From the NCBI GenBank assembly GCA_050303855.1, contig JBNLCO010000010.1, positions 158,207-222,206 of the forward strand: DNA of 64,000 bases. The letters run 5' to 3'. Source of the DNA: Candidatus Pacearchaeota archaeon (GTDB lineage Archaea; Nanobdellota; Nanobdellia; Pacearchaeales; GW2011-AR1). The position numbers and the translations under genes were made by a program. The notes below the pieces were generated by a model. The model saw nothing but the letters and a program-made list of their open reading frames with translations, ran no database searches and had not been told where the DNA came from. Shown here piece by piece: positions 56,129 through 64,000 of this stretch (position 1 is the stretch's first letter; every line of letters begins with the position of its first letter).

Positions 56129-56566
56129 TTAATCAAATTTATATCCAAAAGTTAGTGTAAAATTCCTAATACCTTTGTTGTCCAAGTTTATATGGAAACC
56201 TGTATAAAAAGGATCGGAAACCACAAAAGAGGCTCCAAGAACACCTCCAAATTTAAAACCAGATGTTTCGGAGTACATCCCAGAGATTCCTGTATTTAAG
56301 AAATACTCATCAGTAATCCTCCACATAAGGAAGAAATTTGAAAGGGTGTTTAAGCTGTCAAGATTATAGCTTGAGGTAACATCCACATTAAAACCAATCC
56401 CGGTTTTCTTTTTTATAGTGGATAATTCAGCACCAAGGCCAACAGATTTGTCTGCACCTCCTGATATTGAAAGTCCAGCAAAACCAATCCGATCTTTACT
56501 ATATTGAGCAAATGTTGTTGATACAACGAAAATAACTAAAATTGAAGTGAAAATTAATTTTTTCAT
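56129..56566 (-). CDS. small OMP-like beta-barrel domain protein (OmpA-N/OMP_b-brl-like)
   Basis: Signal peptide ..TTFAQ, alternating beta-strand pattern, C-terminal ..TFGYKFD. Confidence 0.45.
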   Translation of the reverse strand: MKKLIFTSILVIFVVSTTFAQYSKDRIGFAGLSISGGADKSVGLGAELSTIKKKTGIGFNVDVTSSYNLDSLNTLSNFFLMWRITDEYFLNTGISGMYSETSGFKFGGVLGASFVVSDPFYTGFHINLDNKGIRNFTLTFGYKFD

Positions 56567-56821
56567 TTTTATTTGTTTTAAAAATTGTTAATAATTTATT
56601 GGCAAATTAATTTACCGAGTTTTCTAAAATAATTCTTTTTCCCTCATAACGAGAGTTGTAAGAGGCTGCCATAATCTGGCCCTTTTTGTTTACAAGTATA
56701 TTGAAACCAAGATCAATCTTTTCTTTTGGAGAAATTTTCATATCAATCAGATTAAAAGTAAAAAACAAGACCAAAATAGAATTTACCTTAGCCTTGTTAA
56801 AAAATAATCTAAAGGGGAGAA

Positions 56822-57388
56822 TTATTTTGATTCCAAAAGGATATCTCTTATAACTGCGAGTTTGTTTGTGTAAGCCTCACTGAGAGGATCTTTTATCTTG
56901 CACAACTCCCCAACTTTTTTATCTATTCCATAAATTTTAACCAGGTGTGCTTCCTCTCTACTTTGATCACAATTTCCTACTAACAAAGTATGAAGCAGGT
57001 TAAGTTTTGTGTCCAACATCTTGTAAAAATCCAAGTATAGATACGCCTTCTTAAGGATGTGACCCAGAACCGGAGAACCTTCTCCTCTTTCTTCGTCACA
57101 ATACCAGCAAATTTGGATTTTGTCAGGGATGCAAGAATCTATTTCGTCACATTCACCAAGAATTTTAATTAAGGTATAGAAATTTGAAAGTGTTTCATGG
57201 TTACAACTTTCCCAATAGACTTTTATTGTTGTCACTTTTCTATTCATAACAGCCGTTTTTATTCCATGGTGTAGATCTGCCCAAGAAGGCCCATAGTTCA
57301 CCCCCGGTTCTTCAAGAAGATAAACTACCTTATCTTCGATTTTAAATAAACCAAAATTTTCAACTGTTTTTGAATCCAAGTTTTTCAT
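56822..57388 (-). CDS. hypothetical protein (Cys/His-containing)
   Basis: 188-aa ORF. Confidence 0.4.
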   Translation of the reverse strand: MKNLDSKTVENFGLFKIEDKVVYLLEEPGVNYGPSWADLHHGIKTAVMNRKVTTIKVYWESCNHETLSNFYTLIKILGECDEIDSCIPDKIQICWYCDEERGEGSPVLGHILKKAYLYLDFYKMLDTKLNLLHTLLVGNCDQSREEAHLVKIYGIDKKVGELCKIKDPLSEAYTNKLAVIRDILLESK

Positions 57389-57427
57389 TTTATTTTGTAT
57401 TAAGTGTTAATTACTAAATTTAAGAAA

Positions 57428-57462
57428 AAAACCGCAAGCGCATCATAGCCTTGCCCGTGTCA
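57428..57462. repeat. intergenic repeat copy A (AAACCGCAAGCGCATCATAGCCTTGCCCGTGTCAA)
   Basis: Near-identical to copies at 58393 and 60795. Contains GCAAG/CTTGC hairpin. On the transcribed strand it is followed by GGTTTTTTT. Confidence 0.7.
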
Positions 57463-57475
57463 AACTAACTACATC

Positions 57476-57706
57476 CTATTTTCTCCATCTTTCCGTTATC
57501 CACCCAAAAAGGAAGATAATGAAAATGAGGAACAAAATTCCCAAAAAGATAAACAAGAATTTCTTGAAAGAATCGTATTGGGAAAGAATCGCAAGTGCAT
57601 CTTCTCCTCCAACACCCAACTCAGAATACAATGCCTTGTTTTGTAGAAACAGGAACAAAATAAAACCAATTACTCCTCCAAACGCCATCACAAAAATCTT
57701 CTTCAT
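57476..57706 (-). CDS. small membrane protein (2 TM)
   Basis: 76 aa, hydrophobic. Confidence 0.4.
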   Translation of the reverse strand: MKKIFVMAFGGVIGFILFLFLQNKALYSELGVGGEDALAILSQYDSFKKFLFIFLGILFLIFIIFLFGWITERWRK

Positions 57707-57713
57707 TTCTTAC

Positions 57714-57917
57714 TTATTTTGAATTAAATATATCATCTTCTATAGTGGGCGTATCGAAAGTATCTGTATTGATCTTTTCGTAAATAGTCCCATTTCTTTT
57801 CTGGTACTCATTGAGTCCATCATTAGTTCTTGTACCTGAATTTCCAAGCACACAAAGCAATATAATTCCAATAATTGCTAATATAATAATTAAGATGTTT
57901 TTGATTAAATTTTTCAT
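57714..57917 (-). CDS. small membrane protein (1 TM)
   Basis: 67 aa. SD-containing leader upstream. Confidence 0.4.
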   Translation of the reverse strand: MKNLIKNILIIILAIIGIILLCVLGNSGTRTNDGLNEYQKRNGTIYEKINTDTFDTPTIEDDIFNSK

Positions 57918-57958
57918 TTTTTTATTCTCCTTTTTATATTAACTTAACATTAAAATTG

Positions 57959-58010
57959 GAAACCGCAAGCGCCTACAGATGATTTCTGTACTTAGCCTTG
58001 CCCGATTCAA
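57959..58010. repeat. intergenic repeat copy B (degenerate, with insertion)
   Basis: GAAACCGCAAGCGCC...TAGCCTTGCCCGATTCAA shares both ends with copies A, C and D. Confidence 0.5.
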
Positions 58011-58033
58011 TCTCTTTTCAAAATTCCTGTTTT

Positions 58034-58348
58034 TCAAGCTTTTAAATAATCGATAAAAAACATCCATAAAAGTATAAACAAACTAAACAATCCAACCTTC
58101 CATATCCAATCTAAGTAATTTGATCCTGAAAATTTTTTTCTTATCAAGTCATATGCTCCTTTAAAGAGGAATACGATCAAAAATATTGAATACCCTAAAC
58201 AAAAAGAGAAATTTGCGTCAGACATATTTGACTCTTTCAAATTTAATAAATAATCCTGGAAATCCCCTTTTATAAAAATTACCAAGTAAATTATGAACGA
58301 GGAGGCAAATATGCTAATTTTAACTAAATTTTTAAGTTTTGTTTTCAT
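58034..58348 (-). CDS. small membrane protein (3 TM)
   Basis: 104 aa. AGGAGAT leader. Confidence 0.45.
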   Translation of the reverse strand: MKTKLKNLVKISIFASSFIIYLVIFIKGDFQDYLLNLKESNMSDANFSFCLGYSIFLIVFLFKGAYDLIRKKFSGSNYLDWIWKVGLFSLFILLWMFFIDYLKA

Positions 58349-58392
58349 AATAAAATCTCCTATAATTTAATTATTAATTACTCAATTAAAAG

Positions 58393-58428
58393 AAACCGCA
58401 AGCGCATCATAGCCTTGCCCGTGCCAAC
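58393..58428. repeat. intergenic repeat copy C
   Basis: AAACCGCAAGCGCATCATAGCCTTGCCCGTGCCAAC. Confidence 0.7.
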
Positions 58429-58442
58429 ATTTGAAATAAATG

Positions 58443-59213
58443 TTAAGAATCATCTTCCTCATCATCCGGACTTTTTATTCTTGTAAACCACATTAAGGAA
58501 GGGGAGGATAGAAGAAATGTTCCTGTATGGGGGATAGCTTTGTCACTAGGTCCGAAGGTGATGTCTATTGGTGTGGGCGTTATTTTTGGTGAACTGATTA
58601 TGAAACGGTAAGTTACTTCCAATCCAACATACATTGCAACGGCTTCTGTTTTATTTTCAACTACCCATCCAGGAAAATAATCTCTTCCTTCGGTGGCCAT
58701 CAATTTGATCAAATTTTCGTGAATTTTGCTTTTTGAAAGAAGATGCAGTTCCTGCATTAAGCTTATATACCTTTTATGTTCTTCTGAAAAATTTGGGGCA
58801 AGGTGAGAAATATCTATAGCCAAATCAAGGTCATAGTAAATTGCTGTTTTTCTTTCGCTCATTCTTTTCATCAACCAATATAATGAGCTTCCAGCTAATT
58901 TTGCGTTAGTGATCCCATAGGCCTTAAGATATTTTAACACTTGAATCAACAATTTCAATTCTCCTTTATTGAAAAACCAAGAAATTCTTGTTTTCCACCA
59001 TAATATATGTATAAGGGGTATCAGAAATAACGCAACACCAATACTAGGGGTAATGATTTTTATTGTGTCTTCTCCAGAGGCAATAAAAATAAAGTCAATT
59101 GATCCAAATAACACAATTGGAATAATTAAGGGCAACAAATCCCTAAATCCCATTATAAGAACATTTATTCCGGGAAATAGTTTTTCTCTAAGAATATCTC
59201 TTTGGATTTTCAT
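58443..59213 (-). CDS. membrane-associated hypothetical protein (256 aa)
   Basis: N-terminal TM helices. Acidic C-terminus DDEEDDS. Confidence 0.5.
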   Translation of the reverse strand: MKIQRDILREKLFPGINVLIMGFRDLLPLIIPIVLFGSIDFIFIASGEDTIKIITPSIGVALFLIPLIHILWWKTRISWFFNKGELKLLIQVLKYLKAYGITNAKLAGSSLYWLMKRMSERKTAIYYDLDLAIDISHLAPNFSEEHKRYISLMQELHLLSKSKIHENLIKLMATEGRDYFPGWVVENKTEAVAMYVGLEVTYRFIISSPKITPTPIDITFGPSDKAIPHTGTFLLSSPSLMWFTRIKSPDDEEDDS

Positions 59214-59249
59214 AAGTCTTTTATTATTTCTATTAACAAGGTTACGTAT

Positions 59250-59789
59250 TTACAAGTGAATATTCTTAACCTCTTCCTCTTCTTCATCCTTATTAATCAA
59301 AGGCTTGGTTACAAATACTATCCAGGAACAATAGATGGATGAAATCCCCCACAAAGCTGCCCAAAAAGATGGGCCGAGACCAACTTTCAATCCCTCTCCC
59401 CCTACAAGAAAGAAGATAGATACATTTCCAATTGAAAATAAAGTTAATATTGCCAAGGAAATTTTAAATGAAGGGCTTTCGGTTAATTCTTCTAGATTGG
59501 TTGTTGCGGTCCCCGGATTTTTTTCAGAATTTTTAATTTGCTTATTAAGATTGAGTTCCTTCAATTTATTTAGGGGTTTAATTAGAAAAACCACAATACT
59601 ACAAAATGCAGAAGTCATAAATCCAATAAAGTATATTGCAACCCATAAGAAATGTAAATTTATGTTATTCCTTTGCCAAATAAGGCAAACCAACAAGGAT
59701 AACGAAAGCGCAAACAATGCCGATATAAAAAGAGCTACCTTGAAAGAAATTCTTTCTGTTAACTCGCCGTATGAAATTTTATTTTCCAT
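59250..59789 (-). CDS. polytopic small membrane protein
   Basis: 179 aa, 4 TM. AGGAGAT leader. Confidence 0.5.
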   Translation of the reverse strand: MENKISYGELTERISFKVALFISALFALSLSLLVCLIWQRNNINLHFLWVAIYFIGFMTSAFCSIVVFLIKPLNKLKELNLNKQIKNSEKNPGTATTNLEELTESPSFKISLAILTLFSIGNVSIFFLVGGEGLKVGLGPSFWAALWGISSIYCSWIVFVTKPLINKDEEEEEVKNIHL

Positions 59790-59860
59790 AATATAATCTC
59801 CTATTATTTTAATTATTATTTTTTAAACAAAAGATTCTGTGTTTTCATTTTATTTTGTTT

Positions 59861-60064
59861 TTATATTAATAATTTTCTTAAGTAATTTAATATTAAAATT
59901 GAGCTTGGAAATGTAACTACAAAAATAGAGAGTGTTAATTGTACTTTTTCAATTGGAATATTCTTTCCAATTATAACACCTAATGCAATCATTAAGAGGA
60001 ACATCATAATAAATACTCCTTTAGGGAATCCTTTGCTAGAAGTTGGGTTTTTCATTCTTCTCAA
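59861..60064 (-). CDS. small membrane protein
   Basis: 67 aa, 2 TM. Confidence 0.35.
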   Translation of the reverse strand: MRRMKNPTSSKGFPKGVFIMMFLLMIALGVIIGKNIPIEKVQLTLSIFVVTFPSSILILNYLRKLLI

Positions 60065-60072
60065 ATTTTAAG

Positions 60073-60279
60073 TTAATACTCAATCATCCACCTTTTTTGC
60101 CAACCTAAATTAGTCCACCCTATACTAAAAGCTCCTATTGTAGCCTTAATTTTTACTGGATAAAGAATGTTTTCATCCTTAGGTGTGTTCAAAATTATAT
60201 CTTTGCGATTTAAAGATAGTTTTGAAACCCTTTTTCTTCTCCTTATTCGGATTTTTGGTTTTTCGTTTAAATTTTTCAT
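60073..60279 (-). CDS. small basic hypothetical protein
   Basis: 68 aa. AGGAGAT leader. Confidence 0.35.
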   Translation of the reverse strand: MKNLNEKPKIRIRRRKRVSKLSLNRKDIILNTPKDENILYPVKIKATIGAFSIGWTNLGWQKRWMIEY

Positions 60280-60459
60280 AATAAAAATCTCCTATTATTT
60301 TAATTTGTTAATGCACAGAGACATTCTCTGTTAAAGACTCAATAATCTCTCTTTCATTTTCCCGATTAATAAGTACCAAATCTTCTTTGCTTGGTAATTC
60401 TGAAACAAGCTGAGAAATTTGTTTAAATCTTTCTTCATCCATTTTTTAATCTCCTATTT

Positions 60460-60759
60460 TTAATCTTTTGAAATAATTTCTCCAGTTTCTACATCCACAT
60501 AAATTATAGGCTTGAGATCCCATCCAACCCACATATTGGCTTTCCTACCTTTTGTCCAATAGTCATCTACGGTATTTTTTCTTTCAAGAGTCAAGCCTTT
60601 TTTCTTCAACATCTCCTCCGTCCATACCTGGCCAACTTCCAGTGATTGAGTTCGTGCAAATTCATTTTGTTGTTCTATATGCCGAAGATTGTTATATTCT
60701 TCAACAGTTTCAGGAACTTTTTTTTCTCCTTTTGCAATTTTATCTTCAAATTCATACAT
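60460..60759 (-). CDS. hypothetical protein
   Basis: 99-aa ORF. Confidence 0.4.
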   Translation of the reverse strand: MYEFEDKIAKGEKKVPETVEEYNNLRHIEQQNEFARTQSLEVGQVWTEEMLKKKGLTLERKNTVDDYWTKGRKANMWVGWDLKPIIYVDVETGEIISKD

Positions 60760-60794
60760 AGCTTTTATTTTTAATTATTAATTACTAAATTAAG

Positions 60795-60830
60795 AAACCG
60801 CAAGCGCATCATAGCCTTGCCCGTGTCAGC
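60795..60830. repeat. intergenic repeat copy D
   Basis: AAACCGCAAGCGCATCATAGCCTTGCCCGTGTCAGC, preceded by TTAATTACTAAATTAAG as in copy A. Confidence 0.7.
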
Positions 60831-60850
60831 ATTTAAAATAAAGACTAAAC

Positions 60851-62098
60851 CTATCTTATTGGCAATTCTAGTTCCCCTCGGAGATAATCAAACAATTTTC
60901 CTTGTTCAAAGGCTGTGAGGCAATTTTGAGCAAATTTCGGAAGATGACTTCCAAGCCAAGTACTATTTTTCTGATTTGTGCCTTTGTACCAATAGGCATT
61001 AGTCGGGAAATGAGAGATCAAATTTAAATTTTTCTTTATATTGGAAATTGTATCCCCTATTAACTCTCCAAAACCGGGAAAAATCCCATTTCCACTCCAC
61101 CTCTTTAACATTGTTAAATAAGGTATATTTTTCTTTAATCCAATTGCAATTGGATCTATTCCCGCAATCCAATTGGGATCTGCCCATTCTTTTGAAGCGA
61201 TAGAATGATAAGGAGTTGCTATAATCTCCAAATCATAGTAAGGTTTTGTTATAGGCATTATCTCTTTGTAAGATAAAGGAATTGGATCCTTGCCAATATA
61301 ATTTTCAATCAACCTCGTCCTCCGGTTATATAATTGATAAAATTGGGCAAATTCCCAGGAACCTACGAAATCGCAAATTAATTGCAGAGCCTCATCAGGT
61401 TCAGGATCATCGTTTGTAGTTGTATCCCTCAATTTGTCTTTTCCCAAGAACCAAACAGGCATTGCAACAAGAATTTCAGGCAAATTGCGTGCTGGGATTA
61501 CCAGAGGGATCTCCCAAATATATCTTTCAAGGTTGTGCTTACAAACCAAACCGATGGGTTTAATGAAATCAGATTTGTTATTTATTCCGCTAATGGAATT
61601 GAAAGCTATAGCAATGCTATGTAGTGCTGTAAGGTTTTTCCCACTAAATCTGTTTAGCTCCATAATCTTTGTGGAAAGCCTAAACACATATCTCATACTG
61701 ATAAAAGAATCTTTTAAGAGATTAAGGTGTTTTTCTAAAGAAGGATCTTCCGAAATCTTGTTACCTAGAATCATGCTAATTTCTTCATCACTTTTATCCA
61801 AGGTTACCCCCAGATCAAATAATTGCAAAAAATGTTCTTTGTAAAAGCCTTCCTGAAACATGGGGAAAACTTCAAAGAATTGAGCCACTCTGTCCGGTTC
61901 TATTTCCCAATTAGGAATTTTATCCAGAGGGTTATTTGCAAAGGCCTTTTCTATTAGAACGGGATCAACAAGTTTCTGCCTGCGTTGCATTTCGGGAGGC
62001 AACGTGCACAAATATGTGAGAGCAACACTTTTTACAATTCCAGTATTATCTTCTGCAAATAAAACTGGGAGATCATTTTTTTCATCTAAATTTTTCAT
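60851..62098 (-). CDS. hypothetical protein (415 aa)
   Basis: Long ORF with no recognisable family. Confidence 0.5.
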   Translation of the reverse strand: MKNLDEKNDLPVLFAEDNTGIVKSVALTYLCTLPPEMQRRQKLVDPVLIEKAFANNPLDKIPNWEIEPDRVAQFFEVFPMFQEGFYKEHFLQLFDLGVTLDKSDEEISMILGNKISEDPSLEKHLNLLKDSFISMRYVFRLSTKIMELNRFSGKNLTALHSIAIAFNSISGINNKSDFIKPIGLVCKHNLERYIWEIPLVIPARNLPEILVAMPVWFLGKDKLRDTTTNDDPEPDEALQLICDFVGSWEFAQFYQLYNRRTRLIENYIGKDPIPLSYKEIMPITKPYYDLEIIATPYHSIASKEWADPNWIAGIDPIAIGLKKNIPYLTMLKRWSGNGIFPGFGELIGDTISNIKKNLNLISHFPTNAYWYKGTNQKNSTWLGSHLPKFAQNCLTAFEQGKLFDYLRGELELPIR

Positions 62099-62129
62099 AT
62101 CCTTAATTTTTAAATTGTTATTATTTATG

Positions 62130-62381
62130 TTAATTATTTCTTGAGTTTCTTCTCCAAATCTTTACAAAAACATACGAGACAAGGTAAAAGAACAAAAAAG
62201 TAGCAATTATAATTGACCACGATGGCAAAAATAAAGAAAAAATTGAGGCTATAAACCCTCCAATTAAGCCCATAATTATCCCTAGGGGAAAGAACGAAAC
62301 GGAAACCATAACCAAAATTAAAGTCAACAAAGCTGCAATGAAATAATCGGGCAATAATTTTTTTGAGTTTTGTGTTTTCAT
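62130..62381 (-). CDS. small membrane protein (2-3 TM)
   Basis: 83 aa. AGGAGAT leader. Confidence 0.4.
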   Translation of the reverse strand: MKTQNSKKLLPDYFIAALLTLILVMVSVSFFPLGIIMGLIGGFIASIFSLFLPSWSIIIATFLFFYLVSYVFVKIWRRNSRNN

Positions 62382-62433
62382 AATAAAAATCTCCTATAAT
62401 TTAATTATTATTTTTTTAATTTTAATTGGTCTG

Positions 62434-62880
62434 TCATTCCTTTGTTGATTTTGTGGACTTTATACAAAATGCCCAATAGTAAATTAGGACTAAAAACAAA
62501 ATCGTGCAGAAAAAGGCTCCAGCAGAGTAAAATAATCGGTTATAATACGATGAGAACTCATCGCGTGCAATTCCGATAAATCCAAGATCCACTAATCCAA
62601 CTAACACTATTACAAGAGCAAGAATAAACATTTTGGAAGAAAGAATTATCTTTTTTGGTTCAAGATCTTTGTTAGTTTTTTCTTTCTTGTTCCAAACAAA
62701 ATCAACCAAGTGACCAAATAAGAACACAACAAGAAACAATGATCCAAGTAGACCTGTTAGCCCGGTAAATTGAATTATTTTTATCAATAAGGTATTTTCT
62801 ACATGATTTAGGCATATCGCAGAAGATACACCCATAGCAAAAAGGATTGCTAGTACTATTAATAACGATTTTAATTTCAT
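62434..62880 (-). CDS. polytopic membrane protein
   Basis: 148 aa, 4 TM. Conserved upstream motif at 62881-62910. Confidence 0.5.
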   Translation of the reverse strand: MKLKSLLIVLAILFAMGVSSAICLNHVENTLLIKIIQFTGLTGLLGSLFLVVFLFGHLVDFVWNKKEKTNKDLEPKKIILSSKMFILALVIVLVGLVDLGFIGIARDEFSSYYNRLFYSAGAFFCTILFLVLIYYWAFCIKSTKSTKE

Positions 62881-63306
62881 ATCTTTAAATTTTAATTTGT
62901 TAATATTCTAATTAATTTTATACTAAATTTTGTTAAAAATTTCTTGTAAATATGTGTAAGTATTAAATGTAAATTTGGGCTCCTTAGGGCTTTTTCACCT
63001 TATTTTGAGGTATTTCGGCCAGAGCGTAGATTACATCTTTTTGAGAATCAGATAACCAAAAGGTATTTCGCCTTTTTGTATCTTAGCGTATTGTAACTCT
63101 TTGTATCTAAAGCGATACGAGAGTTATTTCACTTCATTTTTTGCTTTTGCAAATGGTTTCAATGTAGTGAATTGTAAATCTTTATTGATCAAAAACCAAG
63201 TTTTTGTTAAAGATAAACGAACTAAATTGTAAGTATATTTGTTACTTTTTAGTGGTTTATAACTGTTTCGGTTGGCTTTGTGTTGGTGATTTACGGAGTT
63301 AGTTGT

Positions 63307-63906
63307 TTAATTTTGTAAATATGAATTGTTTAATCTTATGAGCTTCTTCCAGCCTTTTTCGTTCTTCTCTTCTTTTATTTCTATTAATCCTTTGTTCATT
63401 AAATCGTTCTTTACTATGTTCCCCTTTCTTGAAGACAGTCCTATTTTGTTGTAGAAATCCACTGTGCTAAGTATATGTTTTGGATTTTCAATTAAGAATT
63501 TCATAAAGGCTTTTTCTTCTTCATTTAAGTATTTCATAAAATTGTATAATTCTTCCTTAATCACTTCAATTTCTGATTTTTGTTCTGATTCTATAGGCTT
63601 CTCTGTATATTGATTTATCATCCCAGATATAGAATACTTATCTTCCTTTTCAGTTAATTGATCTTCATCAATATTGACGCTCTTAAATTGCCCTTTAAGA
63701 GCTAGATTAATCACTTTAATTACATCAGATCCGGTGTAGTAGTTATCTTTAAGACCTTCCTCAAGAGATTGTTCTATTTCTCTAAGAGTTCTACCTTGAG
63801 ATAATTGATCTATTGTAAAAGTGTAAAGAACCTTCTGATTTTCAGTTAAGTCTTTAGCTTCAGGAAGAACTATTTCAACTTCTACTTCTTTTATGTCTTC
63901 AGGCAC
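63307..63906 (-). CDS. hypothetical protein, possible C-terminal winged-helix
   Basis: 199-aa ORF. The N-terminus may extend beyond 63906. Confidence 0.4.
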   Translation of the reverse strand: MPEDIKEVEVEIVLPEAKDLTENQKVLYTFTIDQLSQGRTLREIEQSLEEGLKDNYYTGSDVIKVINLALKGQFKSVNIDEDQLTEKEDKYSISGMINQYTEKPIESEQKSEIEVIKEELYNFMKYLNEEEKAFMKFLIENPKHILSTVDFYNKIGLSSRKGNIVKNDLMNKGLIEIKEEKNEKGWKKLIRLNNSYLQN

Positions 63907-64000
63907 ATTTGAATCATCAACCTCGATTATCCCGTGAGCTTCTGAATAAGTTATTTCCTCTACAAATTCCTTATCATTTTTCTGAACTTCAAAACCTTCA

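Noticed and set aside
57428-60830. CRISPR array or integron attC interpretation of the repeated 36-bp element
   Set aside because: The copies are separated by 0.4-2.4 kb of coding sequence rather than regular 30-40-bp spacers. No cas genes or IntI-type integrase are in the window, and the host is archaeal. Kept only as a cassette-like repeat finding.
1-64000. Prophage, transposon or IS element
   Set aside because: No integrase, transposase, terminase, capsid or terminal inverted repeats were recognised. The HNH gene and the S74-like domain are isolated.

Overview
AT-rich, gene-dense archaeal window (call rests on the S13-S4-S11-RpoD block, RpoN, RpoF, L21e, a DUF655 protein, a BHB-intron tRNA and a standalone 5S rRNA; DPANN-like in style). 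Three parts. (1) 1-17.3 kb: a surface-glycan/nucleotide-sugar biosynthesis island (SDR, two NAD epimerase/dehydratases, DegT aminotransferase, a fused NTP-transferase/CBS/GHMP kinase, GT2/GT4/GT26 glycosyltransferases, methyltransferase, AsnB-type amidotransferase, Wzx-like flippase) with panB embedded, then secDF. (2) 17.3-24 kb: a housekeeping locus with three tRNAs (Gly with intron, Arg, type-II Leu), an HNH endonuclease wedged between tRNAs, an Ogg-like glycosylase, 5S rRNA, rpoN, rpl21e-rpoF-DUF655, and rps13-rps4-rps11-rpoD. (3) 24.1-63.9 kb: an accessory block of about 40 kb transcribed entirely from the minus strand. It is rich in secreted, lipo- and membrane proteins and contains the most striking items. 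These are a full-length Major Vault Protein (MVP) homologue next to a highly acidic Cys-containing tandem-repeat protein; a GluR0-type glutamate-receptor channel; a PspA/IM30 (ESCRT-III superfamily) gene with a partner; a lipoprotein with a tail-fibre-chaperone (S74)-like C-terminus; an Mpa/ARC-like proteasomal AAA ATPase beside an acidic disordered protein; a NitT/TauT ABC transporter; a TelA-like plus XpaC-like pair followed by two SBP-OmpA_C fusions and a vWA lipoprotein; beta-barrel-like secreted proteins; and a cassette-like array of small membrane-protein genes separated by a repeated hairpin-plus-promoter module. Two recurrent upstream signals are visible: a TTTTAATTGTTAATAA-type motif directly 5' of many start codons, and an AGGAGAT Shine-Dalgarno leader before the small-gene array. 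No CRISPR array, transposase, integrase or 16S/23S rRNA was seen. All functional calls are from reading the protein sequences by eye and need a database or HMM check.
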